From Candidatus Kaiserbacteria bacterium (GTDB lineage Bacteria > Patescibacteriota > Minisyncoccia > Phycocordibacterales > UBA2100), in NCBI GenBank assembly GCA_021413775.1, contig JAIOPS010000026.1, positions 1 through 63,833 on the forward strand: a stretch of 63,833 nt of DNA. Direction: 5' to 3'. Shown in pieces: positions 1 through 9,122 of the stretch. Every line of letters begins with the position of its first letter. Position 1 is the first letter of the stretch. Made by a program: the position numbers and the translations under genes. The notes beneath the pieces were generated by a model. That model saw nothing but the letters and a program-made list of their open reading frames with translations, had not been told where the DNA came from and did no database searches.

Positions 1-264
1 GCCAAGGAGAATCTGAAAGGCGTGGAGACCGTCATCGCGGGATTCGTCGAGACGGTCCAATCTATTCTCACCAAAAAGGGCGAGAAGATGGCATTCCTGA
101 AATTCTCTGATTTCTCAGGTGACGTGGAGGCAGTGGTATTCCCGCGCACCCTGAAGGAGAACGAGACGCTCTTCATCTCCGGCAACTGCATCATGCTCAA
201 GGGAAAGATTTCCGAGCGCAACGGCATCCCGAGCTTCGTCGTGGAGAAGGCAAAGGCGCTCTGA
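1..264 (+). CDS. dnaE: DNA polymerase III alpha subunit, C-terminal OB-fold (5' truncated by window)
   Basis: Open from base 1; TKKGEKMAFLKFSDFSGDVEAVVFP is typical of the DnaE C-terminal OB domain. Confidence 0.85.
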   Translation, partial: AKENLKGVETVIAGFVETVQSILTKKGEKMAFLKFSDFSGDVEAVVFPRTLKENETLFISGNCIMLKGKISERNGIPSFVVEKAKAL

Positions 265-325
265 TTTTGACTTTATTCATTTTTATGTTACCGTCAGATA
301 GGTAATTAGCCCTGGAGGATGTGAA

Positions 326-676
326 ATGGACGCAGACACGTTCAAAGACGGGGCAATGGAAATTTTTTCATTTGCCCAGCACGGAACCTGTGACGACAAA
401 AAGATGGAGGCGCTGATTGCTTCAATCGAGCATGTACGCGCCGAATGCAGGCACCCGAGTCCGTACTTGAAAGCCGCGTTCAGTGCCCTCTATCCGGCGC
501 TTACGCAGAACGAAGACTCGCTGGGTCGCGAGCTCGACGATGAACTGGCCCTCATCAACCGCATCTGCAACGGCGAGAAACTGAATCAGAGCGATATCGG
601 TCGGGTCATGAATTTCTGCCAAGAGATATGGTACCAGCTCCGCCTCTTCCAAAACGGCTCGACACCGCACAAATGA
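326..676 (+). CDS. hypothetical protein
   Basis: 116-aa ORF with GGAGG SD upstream, followed by a terminator. Confidence 0.6.
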   Translation: MDADTFKDGAMEIFSFAQHGTCDDKKMEALIASIEHVRAECRHPSPYLKAAFSALYPALTQNEDSLGRELDDELALINRICNGEKLNQSDIGRVMNFCQEIWYQLRLFQNGSTPHK

Positions 677-697
677 ATGAGTGCCTGTCCGGCTCCG

Positions 698-730
698 AAA
701 CGGCCGCGTCCGCGCGGCCGTTTTTATTTT
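698..730 (+). terminator. intrinsic terminator
   Basis: AAACGGCCGCG-TCCG-CGCGGCCGTTT hairpin followed by a T-tract. Confidence 0.7.
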
Positions 731-834
731 GTCCCGTATTTTTCCGAAAAAAGTATTGACATGCGCGCGTGAGGCCTTACTCTACCTGCACGCACGAAAT
801 TGTGCGCGCACAAGAAGAGAAGGAGCGGTGTGAA

Positions 835-1185
835 ATGAAGGCTGGGGAACCTCTCGTCATTGATACTGAGGCATTCGCGGAAGCGGGTGCGATTCTCAGC
901 AATTTCAACGGCGAGGAAGAAGTGGACCTCACGCCCTGCAGCAAGGTGGCGACCGTGCTCGACATCATCCGGAAAGCGGACGGCTTCAAACGTCTGAATT
1001 CTGCTGAACAAGCACGACTGCGAGCTGCGGCGGTGAACGTAAGCTCTCGTCTCGAGAAGGATGACACCCGGGTGTTGAACTTTCTCAACGAGGCCTTCGG
1101 CGCCACACTGAGGCCGGCGAAAGCCGAACCCGCCCGACGTACGCGCGTCGGCACATTCCTGCTCAAGGTCGCGGATGCGTCCTGA
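835..1185 (+). CDS. hypothetical protein
   Basis: ATG at 835 after AGGAG; upstream TTGACA-16-TACTCT promoter-like site. Confidence 0.55.
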   Translation: MKAGEPLVIDTEAFAEAGAILSNFNGEEEVDLTPCSKVATVLDIIRKADGFKRLNSAEQARLRAAAVNVSSRLEKDDTRVLNFLNEAFGATLRPAKAEPARRTRVGTFLLKVADAS

Positions 1186-1272
1186 AAGTCGGATTACGAG
1201 GACCCCGGGCGTAACGCCCGGGGTTGTACTTTTGTCGCTTTTGTTTGTGACTCCTGGCATTCTCCTGCTATC

Positions 1273-3027
1273 ATGGCTTCTACTATGGCTGAGATTGAAC
1301 ATATCAGACACACCCTCGCTCACCTCCTCGCCGCCGCCGTACAAGAGCTCTATCCGAACGCGAAGCCGACCATCGGTCCGGCGATTGATACGGGCTTTTA
1401 CTACGACTTCGATTTCTCCGGGGGCGAGATGCCGAGCGAGGACAGTTTGAAAGAACTGCAAAAAAAGATGAAGAAGCTTCTCAATGTATGGACGGAGTTC
1501 ACGCATGAGGTCGTGACGCCCGAGAAGGCACGCGAACAATTTGCGGGCAATCAGTTCAAGCTTGAACTCATTGATAATCTCGAGAAAGAAGGCGCGACCA
1601 TTACCCTCTATACCTGCGGAGGGTTTACGGACCTTTGCCGGGGCGGTCATGCGGACAATCCGAAAAAGGAAATTGATGCGGATGCTTTCCAGCTCGACAA
1701 AGTAGCAGGCGCGTACTGGCGCGGCGATGAGAAGAATCCCATGCTCACGCGAATCTACGGACTCGCATTTGCTTCAAAAGCAGAGCTTGATGCATTTCTC
1801 ACACAACGCGAAGAGGCGAAGAAACGCGACCATCGTAAAATCGCGCGCGAACAGGGGCTTCTCGTCTTTTCCGACTTGGTGGGTTCGGGCATGCCGATGT
1901 ACACGCCGAAAGGCAACCTCATCCGCAACGCCATCGTGAATTATTCACGAGAACTGAACGGCACCCTCGGTTTCGGCGAGGTGCACACGCCGAACGTCAA
2001 CAAGGCGGAACTGTTCAAGCTCTCCGGCCACTACGATGCGTACAAAGAGGACATGCTCAGCGTCCGCTCGCAATATGTTTCCGACGAAATGTTTCTGAAG
2101 CCGATGAACTGCCCGCAGCACACGCAGATATATGCGTCCGAACCTCGCAGCTATCGCGACCTCCCCGTGCGCTTCGCGGATTTCGCGACGCTCTACCGCG
2201 ACGAGAGACCGGGAGAGCTTTCAGGCCTCACCCGTCTGCGCGCATTCTCCCAGGACGACGGGCATATTTTCTGCCGTGAAGACCAGGTCGAAGCCGAACT
2301 TTTGGCGGTATTGGGTGCCATTCAGAGCGCTCTCCGCACATACAACATCACCTACTGGATACGGCTTTCGTTGCGCGATCCAAACAAAAAAGAAAAGTAC
2401 CTCGGTTCGGACGAAAGCTGGGAGCGCTCGCAGACTCAGCTGCGGAAGGTACTGGAAGAGAGCGGTGTGCCTTTTAAACCCGCCGAAGGTGAGGCGGCAT
2501 TCTACGGCCCGAAAATGGACATCATGGCGGTCGATGCAATCGGCCGGGAATGGCAAATCTCAACAATCCAGGTGGACCGGACGATGCCGGAAAGATTCGG
2601 ACTCGAGTATGCGGCGGAAGACGGAACCAAAAAAACACCCGTCATGATTCACCGGGCGCTCATCGGTTCGCCCGACCGCTTTCTCGGCATTCTTATCGAG
2701 CACTATGCGGGCGCGTTTCCGCTCTGGCTCGCGCCGGTACACGTACGAGTCCTGCCGGTATCTGAAAAGCACACCGAATATGCGCAGGCCGTGACGAATC
2801 AACTCAAAGACGCCGGTATCCGTGCGGAACTCGACGACTCCGACTCGCTCGGGAAGCGCATCCGCAATATGAAGATTGCGAAACTTCCCTACTTCATCGT
2901 CATCGGAGACCAGGAGGTTGAGGCGAAAAACATTACCGTCGAATCGCGCGCCGGTGAGAAAGAAGTGCTCGGTGTGCCTGATTTCATATCAAAAGTGACG
3001 CAGCTCATCGCGAGCCGCGCTGCGTAG
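1273..3027 (+). CDS. thrS: threonyl-tRNA synthetase (no N-terminal TGS domain; start may be 1285)
   Basis: RHTLAHLLA, DLCRGGH, AGAYWRGD, RDHRK, KPMNCP, FYGPK, HYAGAFPLWLAP motifs. Confidence 0.98.
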   Translation: MASTMAEIEHIRHTLAHLLAAAVQELYPNAKPTIGPAIDTGFYYDFDFSGGEMPSEDSLKELQKKMKKLLNVWTEFTHEVVTPEKAREQFAGNQFKLELIDNLEKEGATITLYTCGGFTDLCRGGHADNPKKEIDADAFQLDKVAGAYWRGDEKNPMLTRIYGLAFASKAELDAFLTQREEAKKRDHRKIAREQGLLVFSDLVGSGMPMYTPKGNLIRNAIVNYSRELNGTLGFGEVHTPNVNKAELFKLSGHYDAYKEDMLSVRSQYVSDEMFLKPMNCPQHTQIYASEPRSYRDLPVRFADFATLYRDERPGELSGLTRLRAFSQDDGHIFCREDQVEAELLAVLGAIQSALRTYNITYWIRLSLRDPNKKEKYLGSDESWERSQTQLRKVLEESGVPFKPAEGEAAFYGPKMDIMAVDAIGREWQISTIQVDRTMPERFGLEYAAEDGTKKTPVMIHRALIGSPDRFLGILIEHYAGAFPLWLAPVHVRVLPVSEKHTEYAQAVTNQLKDAGIRAELDDSDSLGKRIRNMKIAKLPYFIVIGDQEVEAKNITVESRAGEKEVLGVPDFISKVTQLIASRAA

Positions 3028-3037
3028 ATACGCCGCA

Positions 3038-3075
3038 ACGAAAAACCGCCTGCGTGATGCAGGCGGTTTTCGTTT
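3038..3075. terminator. bidirectional intrinsic terminator
   Basis: AAAACCGCCTGC...GCAGGCGGTTTT between convergent genes. Confidence 0.8.
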
Positions 3076-3124
3076 CACTTTTTGGAGCGTCGCGAGGCGG
3101 CGGACTTAAGAAATCGCAGATTTC

Positions 3125-4594
3125 TTAAGCGCGATTGATGACGATACGAGGTGTGCCGTCGTGTCCGCGCTGGATGAACATCGAGTCTTTCATCGGCTGA
3201 GCATCCGAGACAGGAAGCGCTTCAAGAGCTGCTACCGGAGATGTCTCTTCCTCATGGACGTGTGCGGGTGCCGGAGCTTCCTCAATCGTCGCTTCCGCTG
3301 CGGAGACATGGTCAACCCTGCGCACAGAGCCGAGCATCGAACCCGCGAGGGCGAATGCACCACCCTGGTAGTAGAGCACGAGGTACGCGGCTGCTACGGC
3401 GAAGCTGATGAGTCCCATCCAGTAGAGCGCGTTGCCGACCGGACCGAAGTCGAAGCCGGTGTACGGGATCTGCGAGAGCGAGACGTACGGTGCCGATGCT
3501 ACCGCCTGCGTGCGGCAGGTGTATGTACCGCCGGGTCCCGTGACCGTGAGCGAGTACACATTGTTGCCGTTCGCGTAGAAGGAGGTCGAACCGTTCGGAT
3601 TCACGTATCCCACAATCGGTGAGATGTACGCGGATGTGGCACCTGTGGAAGTCCACGTGAGGCTAACCATTCCTGAACCGTACCCGCCGGTGACCGAGAT
3701 GGCGCAGTAGAGATTCTGATTGTAGTACGTCGGAGTCGTGTAGACGATTGGCTGCGTGAACTGGTACTGCACTATCGGCTGCGGTGTGACCTGGTAGACC
3801 GGTGCGGTCACCGAGTAATTGCTGTTACCGCTGTTCGCAATGTTCGTGTTGAAGCTGCCGTTAATCGAGTTGTTCACGTAGCTGTTGTCGACGTACGAGC
3901 TGTTGCAGCTGCCGTTGGTGCAGTAGTTGCTCGTGTTGTTTGTGTACACAGGCTGCGGGTAATGACAGTTCGGATACGTGCCTGTCGTTCCTGCCGGGCA
4001 GTACTGAGGCTGCGGCTGCGGCGGGACGTAGGTCGGAGGCGTGTATGTCGTCGGCGGCGTGTAACGAGGCGGTGTGTACGAGGAGCCGCCACCGGAGTAG
4101 AGCGAGGAGAGGTAGTTCGTTCCGTACGAGGAGCCGTAGTTGTACGCGGACTGATTATCGTACTGCTGATTTGCGTAATTGTACGTGTATACGTCCGCAT
4201 ACGCGTTCTGCCAAGAAGTGTCGACGTACGGGCTGGAGTTCCACGAAGTATCGACATACGGGCTGTCCCAAGAGGTGTCAACGTACGGGCTGGAGTTCCA
4301 CGAAGTATCGACGTAGGGGCTGTCCCATGAAGTGTCGACGTACGGGCTATCCCAAGAGGTGTCGACGTACGGGCTATCCCATGAGGTGTCGACGTATCCG
4401 CCGCTGTCCCAAGAAGTATCAACGTATCCGCCGTTGTCCCAAGAGGTGTCGACGTAATCACAGCAACTACCATCTCCGGAACCGCCGTCATACTGTGCGA
4501 AGGCTGTCGTCGGAGCGACAACGGCAAACGACAGCGCCACGACCATGGCGAGCGAGACAACGATACGATACTGCACACGTGTAATGTAATTCAT
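3125..4594 (-). CDS. secreted Tyr/Ser-rich repeat surface protein with IPYTG plus TM segment
   Basis: Signal peptide ending AFA-Q, 9x YVDTSW, Pro/Tyr/Asn-rich linker, beta-rich domain, SQIPYTG followed by a hydrophobic helix. Confidence 0.8.
   Translation of the reverse strand: MNYITRVQYRIVVSLAMVVALSFAVVAPTTAFAQYDGGSGDGSCCDYVDTSWDNGGYVDTSWDSGGYVDTSWDSPYVDTSWDSPYVDTSWDSPYVDTSWNSSPYVDTSWDSPYVDTSWNSSPYVDTSWQNAYADVYTYNYANQQYDNQSAYNYGSSYGTNYLSSLYSGGGSSYTPPRYTPPTTYTPPTYVPPQPQPQYCPAGTTGTYPNCHYPQPVYTNNTSNYCTNGSCNSSYVDNSYVNNSINGSFNTNIANSGNSNYSVTAPVYQVTPQPIVQYQFTQPIVYTTPTYYNQNLYCAISVTGGYGSGMVSLTWTSTGATSAYISPIVGYVNPNGSTSFYANGNNVYSLTVTGPGGTYTCRTQAVASAPYVSLSQIPYTGFDFGPVGNALYWMGLISFAVAAAYLVLYYQGGAFALAGSMLGSVRRVDHVSAAEATIEEAPAPAHVHEEETSPVAALEALPVSDAQPMKDSMFIQRGHDGTPRIVINRA
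4211..4456 (-). repeat. coding tandem repeat, 9 x YVDTSW with 3-4 aa spacers (27/30-bp units)
   Basis: Read directly; DNA units differ mostly at synonymous positions. Confidence 0.95.
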
Positions 4595-4770
4595 ACGAGA
4601 TAAAAAACGAATAAAATAGCGAACCCCTAGTAATTTTCCCCCAGTGACAGAACTATTACGACAAATCAACGTGATTTGTCAATACCCTTTCGAGGCTTAT
4701 ACCCTACACTACTATTATAAAAAAGTCAAGGGGTGGAACGCATGCGTCCCACCCCCCTCCGAAAGAGCCT

Positions 4771-5271
4771 TCACTGCTTGGGCAGTGCCTGACACGGAAC
4801 TGTTTCCGCACGGGCACCGTGCGAGGTGCCCCATGCCAGACCCTTCAGACTCACGCTCCAGCCGAAACGTCCTTTGCCGGTACGCGCACGTTCGAGTCCG
4901 GCTGCGACCTCGTCCGCATTTAATGTCGCGAAGCCGTTGTCGTTGTTGCAGAGACACACGGTGCCCCCGCGCCAGACGGATTCGCCGCGACAGTACTGGC
5001 CGTTGGTCCCGGCCGGCTTCGAATCGTACTTGGACGGGCGTCCGTCCGCGTAATCGATACGCAGCGTCACCGCACCCGGCTTCCATTGGTCGAAACGCAA
5101 CGGAATACAGGCAACCGGTTTCAGCACGCGCGGACGCGGATGCAACGACAGGTTGCACATCACGTCGGCACAGTCGCCCTTCTTGAGGACCTTTGCGTCC
5201 GCAGGAAGAGCTGAACCGAGTGCGAGCGCCAGCACGAAGCTGAGCGATAAAAAGAGCTTTTTACGCGTCAT
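4771..5271 (-). CDS. secreted Cys-containing hypothetical protein
   Basis: Signal peptide ending ADA-K, several Cys, GGAG SD upstream. Confidence 0.7.
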   Translation of the reverse strand: MTRKKLFLSLSFVLALALGSALPADAKVLKKGDCADVMCNLSLHPRPRVLKPVACIPLRFDQWKPGAVTLRIDYADGRPSKYDSKPAGTNGQYCRGESVWRGGTVCLCNNDNGFATLNADEVAAGLERARTGKGRFGWSVSLKGLAWGTSHGARAETVPCQALPKQ

Positions 5272-5440
5272 GGTTTTCTCCTCCAATTGCGATTTCGGAC
5301 ATGATGCCCGTTACCTGCGGTGTATCACACGAATACCTGGAAGCGCAAGGAAACCTTCCGCTCCCAAAAAAAACGGCGGGGCGAAGCACTATGCCTCACT
5401 CCCCGCCTGTCATTCACCTGCAGCTCACGCTGCAAGCGTA

Positions 5441-5773
5441 CTACTTGCCGGCAACCTTTTTCGCACGGATGCGCTCGAGCGCGGCGGGCGTGCACTTCCA
5501 GCGCGCCGCGCCGGCGTCCGCGTTGCCGGTCATCTTGACGTTGGTGCATTCGCGGTCCGGCGCACCCGAATCCTGCATGCGCACATACTGCGCGGGCTTG
5601 ACGCCGGTCGGCGTGTCGCCGAGCGTGCCGTAGGCTTCCACGGCGAGCTTCGCGCACTGCGCGGTCGTGAGACCGTTGCAGGTCATGCCGGCGTTCGCGG
5701 AGCTGACGCTTCCGAGAGCGATGGCGACGGTTGCGGTGGTAACGAGAAGAGCAGACTGCAAGAGTTTACGCAT
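5441..5773 (-). CDS. small secreted protein with 4 Cys
   Basis: Signal peptide ending ANA-G; GGAGG SD. Confidence 0.7.
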   Translation of the reverse strand: MRKLLQSALLVTTATVAIALGSVSSANAGMTCNGLTTAQCAKLAVEAYGTLGDTPTGVKPAQYVRMQDSGAPDRECTNVKMTGNADAGAARWKCTPAALERIRAKKVAGK

Positions 5774-5936
5774 CGGAGGTCCTCCAGTGGTGAATCGTTG
5801 CGGTTGACCGAAGCAGTTCGATAGTAATTATCTTATGCCGGTCTGTCTGCGTGCGACATTCGCGCTCAGACAGACCTGTACAAGTGATAGGACGGCGGGG
5901 AGAACGGTTCTCCGTCGCCCCACCGCATGGAGATAG

Positions 5937-6146
5937 TCAATCTCCGTAAATTTTCCGCGCCTTGTCGACGACGCTTTCGTGGGCCGGTGGCGAATCGGCT
6001 GTCTGCGGATTAATCTTTATGTTGCCGCTGGCAACGAGAATCCCGTAGATTGCGAATGCGCCGACGATGACGAAGAACAGGGCTTTCCCCCATCCGGCTC
6101 CGTCCCCGCCGCTGTGACCACCCGAACCGTGAGCTGGTGCGTTCAT
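5937..6146 (-). CDS. small single-TM protein ending KARKIYGD
   Basis: GAGG SD, TM helix, own TTGACA/TATTAT promoter. Confidence 0.65.
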   Translation of the reverse strand: MNAPAHGSGGHSGGDGAGWGKALFFVIVGAFAIYGILVASGNIKINPQTADSPPAHESVVDKARKIYGD

Positions 6147-6182
6147 GCTATACCTCGTGCGGTAAAATTTGTTTCCTCGCAG

Positions 6183-6210
6183 ATAATAGCAGATTAAATA
6201 CATTTGTCAA
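6183..6210 (-). promoter_or_regulatory. sigma70-type promoter
   Basis: TTGACA-16nt-TATTAT with extended TG. Confidence 0.65.
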
Positions 6211-6289
6211 GGGCTAAAAAGTGGCCTCCTGTATGAGAAAAAGGCGGGGCACTGGGCCCCGCCTTTCGATTCGACAGCTTCTGCAGCTG

Positions 6290-6883
6290 TCAGTTCTTGC
6301 CGTAAATCGATTCCGCTTTGGCGATTACGTCGCCGTCAGCAGCCGGCGCCTTGGCGATTTCGGTCTTGACGTCGGCCTTCTTCGTGTCGGCCTTGGTCGT
6401 ATCCTTCGGCTCGACCTTCACGTCGGGCTTTGCGTCCGCCTTCGGCTCGACCGTGCCGTCCGCTTTCGCGTCGGGCTTGGTGTCGGTCTTGGCGACCTTG
6501 TCGTCCGTCTTGGCGGCCGGCGCTTCAGCCTGCTGCTTCGCCTTGAGCGCGATGAGCTCGCCGGAGAGCTTGGTGACCTTGCCCTGCTCGACGGCGATTT
6601 CGCTCTTCAGCTTGTCGCGTTCGCCGGTGAGGGCCGTGATCTTCTCTTGCGCGTCGGTGAAGGTCTTGAGCTTCGCCTGCGCGGTCGAAAGCTGTTCGGT
6701 CACCGATGCGAGCGCAGCCTGCGTGTCCGCGAGCCCGGTGCCCTTCCAGAAGTAGACGCCGGTCACAGCGGCTGCGACGCCGACGACGAGACAGAGCGTG
6801 CCGACCCACAGGAGGTGCAGGAGCCAGTGACGGCGCTTCGGGGTCGTATTCGCGGGTTCGTCAGTGTGATGGGTATCGGACAT
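6290..6883 (-). CDS. membrane-anchored coiled-coil protein with Lys/Asp-rich tail ending KAESIYGKN
   Basis: GGAG SD before ATG 6883; N-terminal TM, heptad region, KxD-type low-complexity repeats. Confidence 0.75.
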   Translation of the reverse strand: MSDTHHTDEPANTTPKRRHWLLHLLWVGTLCLVVGVAAAVTGVYFWKGTGLADTQAALASVTEQLSTAQAKLKTFTDAQEKITALTGERDKLKSEIAVEQGKVTKLSGELIALKAKQQAEAPAAKTDDKVAKTDTKPDAKADGTVEPKADAKPDVKVEPKDTTKADTKKADVKTEIAKAPAADGDVIAKAESIYGKN

Positions 6884-6968
6884 GGCGTTATCTCCCTTGG
6901 TTACCATGAATTTTGACCGCGGATGCAGCCAAATGACGGTCCGCCGAACAATGGCGGAACTACCGAAT

Positions 6969-6996
6969 ACTATAGCAATAAATTGTACTTTGTCAA
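6969..6996 (-). promoter_or_regulatory. sigma70-type promoter
   Basis: TTGACA-16nt-TATAGT with extended TG. Confidence 0.65.
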
Positions 6997-7074
6997 GTAT
7001 ATAAATAAAAGGCGGGGCTGCTACGTACGTAGTCTTATGCCCCGCCCTTTCTTGTTCATCTGACGCCGGAGACG

Positions 7075-7638
7075 TCAGGAATGCGATCGCTCTTCGAGGC
7101 GCCGCTGCGTCGCGAGCGATTCCTGGATGATGGAAATAATCGCCGACAGCGCATTGATGGCAATCGCGCCGATAACCGCCGTGTGCGCGATTATCAATAT
7201 GTCCGCGATGCCGTAGGTCGGCCCCATCCAGACGGGCTTCTCCGCCCACTTCCAGGTAGCCAGATACACCGTCGCCGGAAACGCCCATGCCAAGACTGCG
7301 ACGAGCGTCCCCCAGTACAGGGAGCGCATTTCGCCGCGCTGATGGTCGGATTCTTCCTGCTTGAGACTGTTGAAAACCTTCACCTGGATGATGATTTCCT
7401 TCAGCTCGATGTACCAGTAGAGATGCGTAAGCGCGAGGAAGACCGCGTAGATTGCCGTCTTCGCGTATCCGTCCCCCGGCAGAACGTAACCGAGAATCGG
7501 CACGCCGACGGCGATAGCCGCCGCATACAGCTGCGCATCGTGCTCGCTTAGACGCCACAGCAATGGCGCCGAGTCATGACGTTCTTGCTCGTGCGGGTCG
7601 CTGCTGCGACCGCGCAGCCTGTCCCAATGGGCGCTCAT
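7075..7638 (-). CDS. hypothetical integral membrane protein (~4 TM)
   Basis: GGAGG SD before ATG 7638; four hydrophobic segments. Confidence 0.7.
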   Translation of the reverse strand: MSAHWDRLRGRSSDPHEQERHDSAPLLWRLSEHDAQLYAAAIAVGVPILGYVLPGDGYAKTAIYAVFLALTHLYWYIELKEIIIQVKVFNSLKQEESDHQRGEMRSLYWGTLVAVLAWAFPATVYLATWKWAEKPVWMGPTYGIADILIIAHTAVIGAIAINALSAIISIIQESLATQRRLEERSHS

Positions 7639-7816
7639 TGTGTTTCGCCTCCTCTGATAGCGTGAATCTTCATTCGTGTCCGGAGATATAATGAATTGAA
7701 TTTGTAGATTTGTCAAATAAAAAAGGCGGGGGCATTTCATCCCCCGTCTTGTCGTTCGCACAGTTCCCAAACGGATAGAGCGCTTGAAATCCGGCAGCAG
7801 TATCGTGCGGCAGGAT

Positions 7817-8275
7817 TCAATCGTCACCGTAGATGGCACGCGCCCGTTTGACATCGGCAGCGGTGCCGGCAGACGGTGTCGGGCTGTACCGGATACGCTG
7901 ATGCGTGACGCTCACGGTGGTCGTGGAGCCACGTTTCCGCTCGAATCCTGAGCCCCACTGGCTTCCGTACTGGCTGCTCTGCACCCGCTGCCGGTTACGA
8001 TTCTGATGGTACCGGGGCTGCCGATGCATTTGCTGTTCCATCACGCCGAGGACGGCGAGCGGAATCGCGATTGCAGCGACGGGCGGGCGACGGTAGTGAT
8101 GCCGCGGCGCGGAGTAGCGCGGCGGGGTGTACCGTGGCGGCGCAACGTTGCGCGGCGGCGGCCGGTGAGAGACCGGACGTGAGGTCGGCGGATGCCCGTA
8201 GTACTGCGCATTCGATGCCGACGACATCACGCAGAGCGCAAGCGCGAGTGCTGCAGTTGTGAATGCCATCTTCAT
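7817..8275 (-). CDS. secreted Pro/Arg-rich protein ending RARAIYGDD
   Basis: Signal peptide ending SNA-Q, AGGAG SD, PPRY repeats. Confidence 0.7.
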   Translation of the reverse strand: MKMAFTTAALALALCVMSSASNAQYYGHPPTSRPVSHRPPPRNVAPPRYTPPRYSAPRHHYRRPPVAAIAIPLAVLGVMEQQMHRQPRYHQNRNRQRVQSSQYGSQWGSGFERKRGSTTTVSVTHQRIRYSPTPSAGTAADVKRARAIYGDD

Positions 8276-8340
8276 GGCTCACTCCTTTCGGTTGCACGTT
8301 CAGTTTTCCGCTCGAATTTCACTGAGCGGTCGCTGGGAAT

Positions 8341-8368
8341 ATAATAACGTAAAATGACAAAATGTCAA
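8341..8368 (-). promoter_or_regulatory. sigma70-type promoter
   Basis: TTGACA-16nt-TATTAT. Confidence 0.6.
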
Positions 8369-8440
8369 GAATCGGCTCTGCTGAGCGCCCGATTCCCCAC
8401 TACGAAAAGCACCTCGGGGGCGCCTCTCAAGAATGCTGAT

Positions 8441-9121
8441 TTAGTTAATCGAGACCGAGCGCGGACGGCTCGTCGACACAGAGTTGCTTGTCGGGACGCT
8501 GTAGCTTGTATCGACGCTCACGCTTGTCGGGACCGAGTAGGATGTTGCAACGGAGTACGACGTATCGACTGACCTTCCGGTGTCGACGGAGTAGCTTGTA
8601 TCCACACTCCTGCCGGTGTCGACGGAGTACGATGTCGGGATTGAATACGACGTCGGCACAGAAAGACTCGTCATCACGCTGTAGCTGGTCGGAACGCTCT
8701 TCGCGACGGTGACGCTGTTTGCGACATTCACGCTCTTCGCAACGGTCACGGAATCGGCAACGGTTACAGACTGAGCGACCGTGACGCTCTGCGCGACGGT
8801 GACAGAATTTGCCACGGTCACGCTCTTCGCGACTGTTACGGGGTATGCGACCGTGACGGAGCGACCTACAAGCACACTCAAGCCCACGGTGACCGAACGT
8901 GCAGGCGTTACGGAGCGTCCGGACGGCACCGAGTAACCGGTCGGAATCGCGTAGCCGGTCGGAATGCCGTATGCAACGGGCACCGGATACGACACGGTGA
9001 CACTTTTTGAAGTCGAGATTGATTCCGATGTATCTGACGACGTCGTTGCGGCATCGGCCATCACAGGCGCGAGCGTGAACGTGAGCGCGAGGAAGACTGA
9101 GAGTATTTTTGACATATGCAT
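8441..9121 (-). CDS. secreted Ser/Thr/Val hexapeptide-repeat protein (start may be 9115)
   Basis: Signal peptide ending ADA; continuous 6-aa repeats SVTVAx then SYSVxT/GRSVDT; starts 1 nt after the sortase stop. Confidence 0.8.
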   Translation of the reverse strand: MHMSKILSVFLALTFTLAPVMADAATTSSDTSESISTSKSVTVSYPVPVAYGIPTGYAIPTGYSVPSGRSVTPARSVTVGLSVLVGRSVTVAYPVTVAKSVTVANSVTVAQSVTVAQSVTVADSVTVAKSVNVANSVTVAKSVPTSYSVMTSLSVPTSYSIPTSYSVDTGRSVDTSYSVDTGRSVDTSYSVATSYSVPTSVSVDTSYSVPTSNSVSTSRPRSVSIN

Positions 9122-9122
9122 G

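Noticed and set aside
4211..4456. CRISPR array
   Set aside because: Units are in-frame 27/30-bp coding repeats with synonymous variation and no unique spacers; no cas genes in the window
6884..7558. 422-aa version of the 6290 ORF
   Set aside because: The extension crosses a promoter, a terminator and the 7075-7638 gene; an SD supports ATG 6883
4677..8368. Classical integron cassette array
   Set aside because: No integrase and no recognisable attC; the genes carry their own promoters
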